NCBI RefSeq assembly: GCF_009914755.1
Contig: NC_060925.1
Source of the DNA: the human T2T-CHM13v2.0 reference genome, Homo sapiens
DNA: 64,000 bases
Strand: one strand, 5' to 3'
The notes below the pieces were generated by a model. The model searched no databases. It saw only the letters and a program-made list of their open reading frames with translations, and was not told the DNA's origin. Position 1 is the stretch's first letter. Each line of letters opens with the position of its first letter. This document shows positions 1 through 14,060 of this stretch, piece by piece. The translations under genes were made by a program, and so were the position numbers.

Positions 1-438
1 AAAAACCACCACTTGCTGAGGTGCTTGCTGAAGGCAAAGGGAATACAGAATGGGTAGTAGAAGAAGGCAGTCATCAATATCAGCTATGACCACATGACCA
101 GTTGCAGAAATGAGGACTGTAATTGTCATGAATGCTTCCTCAATATTTTGTTAAGAATATGTTTGTGCATGTATATACTTGTACTAAGAAAATATCTTCA
201 TTTTATTGCCTTTCTTTTACCTTCATCATGTGACATAAGATTTATTGACTTCATATGAGCATTTAAGTGTTGTTAACTTTATGTAATAGCATTTAGGTTA
301 AGGATTAGTGCATTTTTGGTTGTACAAAGGATAGCTGTATTATGTTACGCATAAGGATGACCTTATTGTTGCCTTTATTGGAAGATTATGTATGATTTCA
401 GGAGATGTGTATGGGTTCAAGTTGACAAGAGGGGGACT
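1..438 (+). mobile_element. HERV-L (ERVL) internal region, 3' end with polypurine tract
   Basis: The frame from nt 3 reads KPPLAEVLAEGKGNTEWVVEEGSHQYQL*PHDQLQK*GL*, matching the recalled C-terminus of the HERV-L coding region. Purine tract AAGAGGGGGA lies directly before the LTR TG. Confidence 0.88.
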
Positions 439-979
439 TGTGATGGTTAATATTGAGTGTCAACTTGATTGGATTGAAGGATGCAAAGTATTGTTCCTGG
501 GTCTGTCTGTGAGGGTGTTGCCAAAGGAGATCAACATTTGAGTCAGTGGACTGGGAGAGGCCGACCCAGTCTCAATCTGGGTGGCACTATCTAATCAGCT
601 GTGCATGGCTAGGATAAAAGGAGGCAGAAGTTGGAAGGACTTGACTTTCTGAGTCTTCCGGCCTTCATCTTTCACCTGTGCTGGGTGCTTCCTGCCTTCA
701 AACATCAGACTCCAAGTTCTTCAGCTTTTGGAGTCTTGGACCTACATTAGCGGTTTGCCAGGAACTCTTGGGCCGTTGGCCACAGACTGAAGGCTGCACT
801 GTTGGCTTCCCCACTTTTGAGGTTTTGGACGCGGACTGTTTCCTTGCTCCTCAGCTTGCAGACAGGCTATTGTGGGACTTCACCTGTGACCGTGCGAGTC
901 AACACTCCTTAATAAACTCCACTTCATATATACATGTATCTTATTAGTCCTGTCCATCTAGACAACCCTGACTAATACA
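439..979 (+). mobile_element. MLT2A-type (MLT2A1-like) 3' LTR of HERV-L
   Basis: Starts TGTGATGGTTAATATTGAGTGTCAACTTGATTGGATTGAAGGATGCAAAG, has AATAAA at ~911 and ends CCCTGACTAATACA. Confidence 0.9.
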
Positions 980-2055
980 TTCCTTTCCCGTGTTTTTCCT
1001 AATTGGGGTTTTCTTTCTGTAAGAGACTTGCAACGCCTAGAGAAAAGGTCTGAAATGGTATAGCTTTAAATAACTCAGGAAGAGATAAAAGTGCCTCATG
1101 TAGTAAAGAAAGAAATCAGGGGGGCGGGGGTGGAAAATGTGCCTTAGATTGAGTCATCAGCTTGATTTATGAAGAGAAAACTCAGAATCATATTTATGAA
1201 AAGCTAACCAAGATTACTGCAAATAACTGAAAGGGATATGAAAAAATATGAGCATTAAAAATATGATAACTTCATATTAACCAAATACAATGGTTCCTAT
1301 AAATAGGACAAAACCAAAAGACAAAGCCAGATGAATTTCCTTTTGTGAAATTGATGCAGCCTATGTTCAGGGCAAGTGGCAATCTCACAAATTTTTATTG
1401 TCTAGCTTAAAGTTGATGAATAGCAGAAATCAAATATTAAAATATAGTCCATCCATAGTAAAAATCAAATGGCAATGCTGCTGTATTTCTAACAAAGCAA
1501 AATATCTTCTAATTCACATGTGAATTACAGGTGACTAGTGGTAAAGAAAGGGGAATTTAGCAAAAAAAAAAAAAAACCCTCAAAACTAAAAACAACAAAA
1601 AAGCCTTAATGTCCATTATCTGCACAGGCATTGTTCTCAGTTTATTTGTAACCATTATTTCTATTAAATTATGTAAACATTTGCTGGACAATACAAAGTT
1701 TAACTTGAACACAAGCCAAGCATTTAAAATTACTACAATAATATCTTTGGCAAGCTACTTGAGATTGCTCTCTCCACCTCCATTCCTCATTTACTATCCA
1801 ATATTTTGAAGCCTCTTTCAGAAACAAAAACAGTAAGTATAATTTTAACAGGAAGATTTCCCCCATCAAAGATGGTTTTCTATTAAACATTTAGCATTCA
1901 CATCTTTGGAAATCAAAGTTCAAGTCTACTGAAAATAGATTTTAGTAAAACAAAGATATGGTGGCAGATTGCTCTTGGGATTCTTGAGGGGGGAACAAAA
2001 GCACGTCATAAAACTCAGGGAGAAAAATCAGGATGAATTTCTAGGAGCACATTCA

Positions 2056-2464
<409 letters not shown>

Positions 2465-2899
2465 TTAACAGGTGTGGCAATGGATGCCCAGCAGAGTTAA
2501 ATTAATTCCTCAAGGTCATATAAGACAGGTTCAGAGGTGGCCCTGGAACCCCAGTCTGCTGATGGTCCTACCCACTCCTCTGCCACACCATATCTCACTG
2601 GGGGCACTTTTTGCAAGCCTGAGTTCAGCAGCCTGTTACACCACATGAGTTACGCATTGCTACAATAAAATGAATGTAATTTATCCAAAACTTCCAGTGC
2701 CTTTGGTCAAACCTCAAAGCAATAAAAATCACATTATTCTTCCTTGGCTTTGCCTTTGTGATATTAATAAGAATCACTCTGTGTGTCTTTTCACCATGAA
2801 TCTTGGGAGGTAAGTTTTCCTTCTTGTAAGCAGTTCTTCCAGTATGAGAGCTCTGTATCTTTAAGTTGTCAACCCATCCTATCATGCCCTTAGTAGTAT

Positions 2900-3627
2900 T
2901 GATACGAACAGGAGGCAAGAAAATACTGGATAGAAGAGGGTGGTTCCCCAGCAAAGGCCCCACTCTCAAGCCTGGAAACCTGCGGCCCTAAATGGGAATA
3001 GGCATTTCTGTTTTTGTGCCCAAATGTTACCTTTTCCTAGACCACTCTGGCCCGCCACACCCTTATCCTGTGCCTATATAAACCCTAAACTCCATGAGCA
3101 GAGGAACAGAAGAGCATAAGAGTGGCAGAGTGGCAGAGCGGCACAGCGGCGTGGCAGAGAGGGAGCATCTGAATGTCAAGAGGAGTTCAGCTGGGGATGG
3201 TCAGAGAGATCAGCTGCGGGATGGCCAAACTCCAGGTAAGTTCATCTTCCCACTCCATTCCCTTTCAAGCTCCCTATCCATCCTGCTGAGAGCCACCTCC
3301 ACCTCCGTCACTCAATAAAACCCCTACATTCACCGTCCTTCAACTCCGTGTGACCTGATTCTTCCTGCATGCCGGATAAGGAGCCGGGTACCAAGAGGGC
3401 AGGGTGTAAAAGGCTGTCAGCCTGACTCTCCACTGAGCTCGTTTAACACTTAGCCATCCACGGACAGCAACTGCTAACACAGCATTAATTATAGCGCACC
3501 CTTAGATGCTACTGTGGGGCCGGAGCCCAGAGCCTTCACCCTGGCTCCTGCACCTGCCCATCTGGGTTCTCCCCCTCCCACTCCTGTCACAAGTCCTGCA
3601 AGGGGGTCAGGGAACTCTATTGTTTCA
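2900..3627 (+). mobile_element. Solo ERV1 LTR, LTR1 family
   Basis: TG...CA termini with 4-bp TSD GTAT (2896-2899 / 3628-3631), TATATAAA at 3075 and AATAAA at 3314. The start TGATACGAACAGGAGGCAAGAAAATACTGGATAGAAGAGGG matches recalled LTR1. Confidence 0.8.
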
Positions 3628-4215
3628 GTATATATATGAGTGCCTATGAAATGCTTGCTTGTATTCCCTAAGAAGTAGTCCTGCCCTAAGTTGAGGTAGA
3701 AAGCTGACAGGAGAGTAGAGGTTAAGTGAAACTCTTTGAGTTTAGGATAATTGAACGAGAAAGCAGCCTAATGGATGGTGCCTATTATTTGAAATGTATC
3801 CCCGTCTTGTCAGCGACAGATTGATTGTGTGTATCAGCTCTCTTTGCCTCCTTTCTTCCATACGTAAACAAGGAACAGTAATAACTTTTGAGAGCAGAAA
3901 TCAAAGAGTAAAGGAGAAAGCAGCTCCTTGAATGTGCTTTCCAGTTATCAAAGTTACAGGGTAGCTGGGGTAAAGAGTAAAATTTCTGTATCCATTCCAT
4001 CTGCAATGAACAGAGAGAAATAACACATAAATGCAGTCTCCTCCCCCTTCTCTTTAATCTCTCTTCTCTAGATCTCTGCAACACCATGTCTTTAAAATCT
4101 TGAACTCTTAAACAATATTTCTGTTGATGACATCTCTTCTTCTGCTAGCTTCTTACATGTAGATACTGTTCATTATTCTTTCCTAAGCAGTTGAATTTTA
4201 TAAAGACCAATATGA

Positions 4216-4744
<529 letters not shown>

Positions 4745-5818
4745 CCCTTTCCTAACTTTTTAACATTTAAATTGCGCACTCTTTATGGACCTCTTCCATA
4801 CCTCCCTAGTTTGTCTATTTTTAATTTCTATTTTCATGACCACTATTATGCCTCTTGTATCATTTCGAAGCCTACCATGTATACATTGTGTGCTTTTCCC
4901 TTCCCACATATTTTCTTTTAGCTCCTGAATCTTTTTTTACTTTATGCCTTGCCAGTACCATCGGCAATGCTTGTCATAAACAGCACATACACTATGGCAA
5001 CTGAAGAAGTGTGTGTGTCACATTCAATTGAGACGTAAACAGGTCAATGCCTCACTTGACTTTGCAATCATAGGACTTCATACTAAGAGGAAATTAGAGA
5101 TTTTTTTTTTTTTTTCAGAAATGAAGAAACATACTCAGTGAGTGCCTCCTTAGGAAAATAGGCACCAGTTATTTCAAGAAGGAAGCCATTCAGTGCAAAA
5201 AAAAAAAAATTAGCAGCTCTTAAAACCATTTAGAGGCCGAGAGACCAAGGTCAGAAAAAATTGCTACTGATGTTCAAGAAATTCAGGAATTGCAAGAGAC
5301 AACAGCCAGTGGGTGACCTTAGCTATCTGCTGCCCTACGTGGGTGATTCACAGAAAGACACTCAGAATTGCTGGAAAAATCTCATTGCTTCCAAACCCAA
5401 AGCCCACACTCCTGCCTGCATCTGCCACTAGGCCACATGGTTTCAGTTTGTCTTTTACCTCCCAAATCTAATGCAAATGTCCCCAGCTGATGCCCCTAAG
5501 TGGTGGTGGAAGTTTTGAGAATTGGAGTTACCAGGATTGTAGGACCTATTAAGAGGAGCCATAGGAAAGGACAAAGATTTCTAAATATTTAGTGACTAAC
5601 TGGGCACACAAAGGCCGAGAGATCTCTCTAAGTCAGGACTATTTTTCTGAGTTGTAGAATTTCAATACAGACATACATGATTAAGTGAATTATATATTAG
5701 ATTCATAAAGCAAGTAACTGTCATACCTTTAACCCAGTTAAGCTAACTGGGTTGACTAGAATGTCATCGTCTAGTTATTTAGCTGAAGGGGACCCAATTA
5801 AAGACTCAAACATAATTA

Positions 5819-6188
<370 letters not shown>

Positions 6189-6363
6189 GGGAGGGGAAAG
6201 ATTAATTAATATGGAGAAGAAAAACCTAAAAAAAAATATTACATCATATGAAATAAAAATTATTTCTACCATAACAGTGATTTCTGAAATTAACAGGCTG
6301 AAAAAGTTGCTATGTCAATATTAAAAATTAGTTCTTCCCTGCAGAAAAAATACAGCCTCTGAC

Positions 6364-6465
6364 GTGAGCCGAGATCACACTACTGCACTCCAGCCTGGTG
6401 ACAGAGCGAGACTCCATCTCAAAAAAATAAAATAAAATAAAATAAAATAAAATAAAATAAAATAA
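6364..6465 (+). mobile_element. Heavily 5'-truncated Alu (last ~57 nt plus (AAAAT)n tail)
   Basis: GTGAGCCGAGATC...CTCCATCTC plus tail, flanked by AAAAATA(C/G)AGCCTCTGAC direct repeats. Confidence 0.9.
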
Positions 6466-7026
6466 AAATAGAGCCTCTGACATGAGTTCCACCAGAAAAC
6501 TACCAATAGCCTATAAATGATTACAAGAAAAATCAACGTTTCCCATTCTTCTTTCTTCCAAGTAGCCACATTACATTTATTTTTAAGAAATACAACTTCT
6601 AGAACATTACGATTCTGTCCACTTTAATCCATATCTTTACCCTGCCTTTTTGCTTCTCTGTTCTTCAATATTTGCATGTCAGCCTGTCTTAGGCACAAAT
6701 AAAACCTGAATTATGAGCATAACATGAAATCCACAGCTGTGAAGTTAGATATGAGTAATATTTGAAGCAAATATATTGTCAACAGATATGATGGCGCATT
6801 TTTAGGAAAACTGACCTCTTGCCAACTCGAATGGCAACAGTCAGGACACAGACGAGAGAAGAAGCAAGAAAATATACATAGTGTTTATAAGTCTGTAAAG
6901 CATTTTGAGATATTTTGGCCATATCACTAATAGCTGTGTGGCACTTGACAAATTGTATAATCTCTCTGTGCCTCCATATTGTTTCTTTATTTTTAACCCA
7001 TATCAGTGATGTGAAAGCTATGTGTC

Positions 7027-7608
7027 TGTAGGGATAAGAAGATAATTGCTTTTCTTCATCCGTCCCAAGGGTTATGGCTGATATTCCTAGAACAAAAGAT
7101 AGGTTTGCAAAAGACAGTCATAACAAATTTCTTTAATAAAGTTTTATTTAGCATGGGAGCCTTTAGAAATGAAGGCCCAAAGACCGAGGGAAAACTGTGT
7201 ATTTTTATGCTAAGTCTGATATAAAGAAGCTGATAATTGTGCAGAAATGTGCTTGGACAAAAAGAGTATGATCTAATGGTGAAAAAACTGAGTGGGGGAA
7301 CACAGCAAGACCTTGGTCTCTTTCTTCTCCTGGGTATATGGAGCAGGCCCCCTCTGGAATGAGGCACTCATAACTTACTTTCAGACACAGTAGGTCAGAG
7401 AGTGACCTTTCTTGATTTTATGGCTTGCTTTTTGAAGAGGAGTTCTAGTTTCTATGACCTCTCTTGGGGGAGAAATGGAGAGAGGAGAGAGAAGAATGGA
7501 AGAAGGTCACAGAGAACTTCATACTTCTGAGGCTTTTCCAATCTCCGGTTCGAAGTATTCAGCCTGCCAAGCACGCTACTTTAGGGCATCGTGTTCTGAG
7601 CCTAGACA
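7027..7608 (-). mobile_element. Solo ERV1 MER4-group LTR (MER39-related; subfamily uncertain)
   Basis: The minus strand begins TGTCTAGGCTCAGAACACGATGCCCTAAAGTAG, similar to the start of the LTR at 15906, and ends ...CCCTACA. Confidence 0.6.
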
Positions 7609-8924
7609 ATCCCTACAGCCCATTCAGGCACCTCTCTGTTCAGGACCATCTAAACCAGTGAGGCTTGCCACCCCCATTCCACTTCAACTTGAGTAATTGT
7701 TGTATCTTGGAAATCTGCATCATATTTTATTTGAACCAAGGATTACTAAGTCTAATAATCATTTGAGATCTAGGGATCTAGATCAACCATAAAAGTTATA
7801 AAAGTAATGCCCTATGAATGTGACGTTTTCTTTTCTTCAGGTAGTTTTAGATGAAGACACTCAAGGGATATAAATATCTCCATATTCTGAAAAGTATTCA
7901 AGAAGAAATGCTTCATCATGGCTTGCGGGCTGTAATTCTTAGTCCCATCTTCATTCTAAGTTTCTCTCTGGAGGATTTAATTCAGCCTCACTAACAATCA
8001 AAGAAAATAATTAATATTCATGTAAAACACCATTGTTTCCTTCTATCAGATGATAAAATGTTATAAAGAGTAGTTGTTTTAAGATTGTATACATGCAGCA
8101 ACTTCTTATCCTTCCAAAGAAGTTAGGACAGATTTGTGAGAAAGAAAGCAAATTGGAAATAAACATCAAAAGCTAAGAGTTTCTGTTCTTTGATATAGTA
8201 ATTTTACTTCTACAAATCAGGCCTAAAATAATCCAATTACTAAAATTATTATCTATTTGGATTTGAATATGATGAAAAAATTAAAATTATTTGTCTAACT
8301 ACATAATCTTTTCTGTAGTATTTTTGCAGAATATATTTCAAAACCAACATCAATAAGGGGTGAGTATATTAATGGCACTGTAGACATGCATATATTGATA
8401 TATGATATAGGCATTAAAACAGGTTTTTAAGATTGTTAATAACATAGGAGACACTTTTGTGATAAAACATTAAATATAAGAATACACAGAAAAAGTTTAA
8501 TAGAAATGCTACAAAATATTGAGTGGCTAAGAGCAGTGTATGTATGTAATATTTTTATATTTTAGATATGTTCTGTATTTTTCCAAAGAATAAATATTAT
8601 ATGCATTATTAACAAAAGAATATTATATCAAAAGTTGACCAATTTTATATTTAGTGAAGAAGGAAAAAATTTTCTTATTATATATTTGTAAATGATTGTA
8701 CATAAAGATATACTGAGACTGCATCCACTCCTACAATTCAAAGTGAAGAGTGTTGCCAATATTCTTTATGTTATCTTCATTATCAGTATGATGCAAATCA
8801 CTCTTACTTTCAGCAATTTGTTACTTCACGTTAAAGTTGATGTTTCACCTCACATTAACTAACGAATCCAGATTTAGTTTCCCAATAGCTAGGTCTAATG
8901 AGGATCAAGTATTTGCCAAATTGT

Positions 8925-10312
8925 TGTCAAAGACCAAAAAAATAAATAAATAAATACAAAGGCCAGACACTGGTTAAAGTGGTAAAGATAAATTTTAATC
9001 AGTTATAATGATCACAATAGGGGAAAAAGTCCAGCATGAACTGAATTCAACTTCAATTTGGACAGAGGTTGCTGAGTGTTTTAAAGAAGAATGAGGAAGT
9101 CTGTGGAGGAGGCTGGGTGGGGAAGGCTCAGCAGAATCAGGAAAGTAAAAAATTGTAGTGGGTTAATCAGTGTAAATGCGATTAGGCCTGCTGTATCTGC
9201 TAACAGACAATTATCAAAGTTATTGATAATAAAAGTGGACCCTATTCTAATATGAATATGATCATATGAAGATACATAGTTAGGATTCTATCATCCTACA
9301 GCAACTGGAGACAAAGCCTGCTCCTTACCGATGGCTGCACTTCCAAGGGATGGCTTTCAGGTCCTCTGAGGAAGACCTCCTGAGTTTGGGAAGATACAGA
9401 TACATCTCAAAGGGGCAAGGGAGGAATTCATAGTTGTAAGCCCTTTTTAGTAAATGCTGTAAGAAAGAGTGGCTAGGGATCTATGATCAGGTGTTGACTA
9501 GAACCAACAATACATTCTTTTGGCAGCCTTGAGTTTTCTTAGACAAGAAATTTAAGAGGACCAGGACATTTCTAGGAATATGGCCTTGAGATATTAGAAA
9601 CTATTGATGTGGCTACATTGTCTGGGATATAAACCCTGAGGTTTGCTGTTGTGCATGAGGAAAATTTAGGACACAGACACACAAGAGGAGTTTAGGAGCA
9701 GAGGTTTAATAGGTAGAAGACAAGAGACAGAGAAACAGCTTTTTCCATAGAGGAAGGAGTCTGCAAGCAGAAAGGACCAGCTGGTGGCGAATGCATCCAA
9801 TTTTATACTCCGGTTTGAGGAGGTGGTGTCTGATTTGCATAGGGCTCATAGATTGGTTTGATCAGATATGACATTTACATAGTGCGTGGGGAAGGCTGAT
9901 CACTACCCTAATCTTCTCATGCAAATGGACTTTCCAGTTCCATGCCATCTTGTCTGCTCCTTACAGTACACATGGCTGGCAGAAAGGGTGGAGCTGCCAT
10001 CTTGAAAATGTCTAACCCTTAGTTCCTGCCAGCATTCACCAGTGCAAGCTCCCAGCTTGCTTGTCTATGTCTGTAGCTCAACTTAACAGGCTGCTCTTTA
10101 TTAGAAAATGATTTGGGGCTGCTTTTCATTAAAAAGAAAAGCCTTACCAAGGACTCCCACACCCTTGCTATCTGCCTAAGTGATTTCTTCTAAATCCCTA
10201 TATCACTATTTTAATGTTTGTTTAAGTTTATAGGCCAAGATTGAGGGCCAGTGAAGAAGACAGAGCTCAGAGGAGCCTGGGTAGAGTTTAGTCAATGGCA
10301 GAATTTTTGTCA
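8925..10312 (-). mobile_element. MER67-family ERV1 LTR, split by a nested LTR9
   Basis: TGTCAAAGAC...GCCAGACACTGGTTAAAGTGGTAA at the left end and ...GAATTTTTGTCA at the right end resemble recalled MER67; sequence resumes after the nested insert. Confidence 0.7.
9605..10205 (-). mobile_element. Solo LTR9-family (HUERS-P3) LTR nested in MER67
   Basis: TG...CA termini with 4-bp TSD CTAT (9601-9604 / 10206-10209). The minus strand starts TGATATAGGGATTTAGAAGAAATCACTTAGGCAGATAGC. Confidence 0.82.
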
Positions 10313-11049
10313 GTATTAACATCTTCAAAGTGGAATCTGGTGACCTCAAGTTCAACTACACAAGAAAGAAGAAAGTACTTGCAATTTAGAAAGTTTATCT
10401 GTTTACCTTGCCCTCATATCTAGCAGCACTTTTCTTTTTCAGCTCCCAACGAACTTGAATATGTGCTAATTGATTAATTTTTAGAACTTGAATATGATCC
10501 CTTTAAGTAAGTTATTGTTACTCTATGTTTTTACTAGAGAAGCCCAGATGAAGTCCTTAAAGCAATCAATAATACATATGAAGTACATCTTTAAAGTATA
10601 ACAATGTGAGGGCAATATTATAAGTCAGTTTTAGGAAAATGTCAAAACTTTAACTCACATTTCTCTGCATAATTCATCTATTGTATTCAATTCAACAATA
10701 ATTTATTGAAGGTCTGCTTATAACAGGCAATGTGCTTCCTAACTCATTCACTGCTCATCTAGACAAGCTCTTTCTTGTGACTAAGATATTGACTGAAAAT
10801 GAATGTTTCAGAGGAAAATCTTTCAGGAGTCTTTTACAAATAAAATTCGTAGTGGGAATAGACTTCGTCCTGCTCTTTTGTGTGAATATTCACATACTAA
10901 GCTAGGGTGCCAAAGCTGTATTAAAAAAAAAAAAGTCAGAGGTGGACCAAGCTAGGATAAAAGCACGCCTACCTCAACAACTCTCTACAAGTATGACATT
11001 CTCAAAGGAAACATACTATTGTGTTTAACTGCAAGGTATTTGCGGTCAG

Positions 11050-11550
<501 letters not shown>

Positions 11551-11766
11551 GACTCTTTTTCTCTTACTAATAGGTTTCTGTGCGAGCCATGAATTAGAAG
11601 CACATTATAAGGTAGAACTGATAGAACTGAACAATTCATATAAATATGTGAAATCAGAGTAATGCACTAAGTGTTAAAGTGGAAAATAAAACATGACAGA
11701 ATCACAAGTTAGTTTAAATATTCCTCTACCTGAAGAAACCCCAGAAAGATCACAATGAAGGTAATA

Positions 11767-12067
11767 CAATTAGCCCTCCACATCCATGGGGCTCTGTGAT
11801 TCTGCAACCAACTTGGGATTAAAAATATTCAAAAAAAAAGAAAACAATAAAAAAACACAAAAAATACAGTATAACAACTATTTACTTAGCATTTATGTTG
11901 TATTAGGTGTTATAATTAATCTATAGAAGATTTAAAGTATACAGGAAGGTGTGCGTAGGTTATATGCAAATACTAGCCCATTTTATATCTAGGACTTGAG
12001 CATCTAAAGATGTGGGTATCTGTGGGGGTCCTGGAGCCAATCTCCTATGGCTACTGAGGGAAGATTG
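11767..12067 (-). mobile_element. MER2 (TcMar-Tigger MITE)
   Basis: TA flanks on both sides and decayed TIRs; homologous in opposite orientation to the copy at 56491. Confidence 0.85.
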
Positions 12068-12957
12068 TACTTGAGTTCAGCCTCAAGCAGTAGATATAAG
12101 GTTCCTAGGTAAATTAGAAGAAAAGCTTAAATGTAAGGATCATCACATCCAAAGGCAGGGGGCTAAAAGGGCATTCAGTGTGGTTGGGGCAGAGTTGGTT
12201 GAGGATGGAGTGTGTTGGGGAGATTGAAGCTTAGTTGGGGTACATTTGGCAAATACTAATATGGAATTGTGAAGTTATCCTTTGGATAGCATGTACCCAA
12301 ATGAAGGATTACTATATGCACATTTGTTTTTTAGGATGCTGGCTCTGGCATTTCTCTGAAAGAAGACAAATCCTTCTTTTTTATCTCAAGAGCCATACAT
12401 ATTGAATAAGTTTGTCAATTACATAAACACAGAGTTTTTTTTCAAATTTTATACATTAGCAATGAAAAAGGAGACTCTTTTAAATGATATATTTGAGGTT
12501 AAAAAAACCCAGCCTTCACCTGGGGCCTACAGAAAGTGCAAGCTCTGTCTCACATGTTTCATCATGTAATGCACAGTTCTGCAGCTGAGGATTTCTGCCA
12601 CATATACATTTGTGTCTGTAGAGAAAGAAGCAACACACACAAAAGTCGTGCTCAATGCTGAGAGAATCTATCCCCTGGTAGGGAGGCGAGCAACTGTGCC
12701 ATTGATACACAGAGGGTTTCAATTGGAGAAGAGCCTTCTACTTTTGCTTGAGTTCTAAAGCAGCTGTATTGGACATTTGGATACTATCTGAGGAGCACAC
12801 CTCCATTTCAATTGTCCTTTTATGATTCACCAAATAAGCTGGTGAGTATATTGCAGTACTGCCCTGTGTTTCGCTGTTATCAAGTTTATTTTTCTCACAT
12901 AAATGTAGGGATCTTTTCTACCTTTCAGAGCTCTTAAATCTATTAGGATAAATTGCC

Positions 12958-13410
<453 letters not shown>

Positions 13411-13589
13411 TCATCAAAGCTATTAGAAAATTTATTTTAAACATAAAAATTGTCAGAAGATACTGTTCCACACACTGCAGGTCTAATAGTCACTACCCAA
13501 ATGTAAGATAATTAAAAGGAATTTGTTGCATTCTATTTAACAATATAAGTTACCAGTGAGAACTAGTGACAAGATGATAGCCTCGCCAT

Positions 13590-14060
13590 GTCCAGATTCA
13601 AACTCCTGGCATATCTGCCACTCACAGGAAATGCAACTTTACTCCTGTTGCTTTTACTTCTGTTAATGAGACCATTATCCTCCTAGATATCTGACTTTTC
13701 AACCTCAAAAGTGTGTTTAAATTCCTCTCTCTTTTTTCCCTTCAAAATCTCATTAGTCATGATGAGTTGTAGACTTACTACTTCTAAAATATCTCTGATA
13801 TTTTAGATATCTCTGATATCCCTTCTGTTTTATTCTCACTGCCACTTCATTCGTTTAAATCCTATTACCTTATCTGGACTATTCCTGTAACTTCTAAATT
13901 GGCCTATTTGCTTCCAGGCTGTCTCTGCCCAAGCCAAACCACATACCGTTGCCATAGGAACCTTCCTAAGGAACAGCTCTAATCACTTTATTCTCTGATC
14001 AAACGCTTTCAGTGGGCTCTGCTTTGCCTACAGGATAGCTCAGCATAACATACCAGATTA
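13590..14060 (+). mobile_element. L2 fragment (diverged)
   Basis: Pyrimidine-rich L2 3'-region-like motifs (CTCACTGCCAC...TCTGGACTATT...TTTGCCTACAGGATA). Boundaries approximate. Confidence 0.55.

Noticed and set aside
1118-1133. G-rich GGGGGGCGGGGGTGG (Sp1/G4-like)
   Set aside because: It is isolated, has too few G-tracts and lacks a CpG island or promoter context.
7027-7617. 9-bp terminal inverted repeat TGTAGGGAT...ATCCCTACA suggesting a DNA transposon
   Set aside because: The interior is LTR-like, no TSD fits these ends, and short terminal IRs are normal for LTRs.
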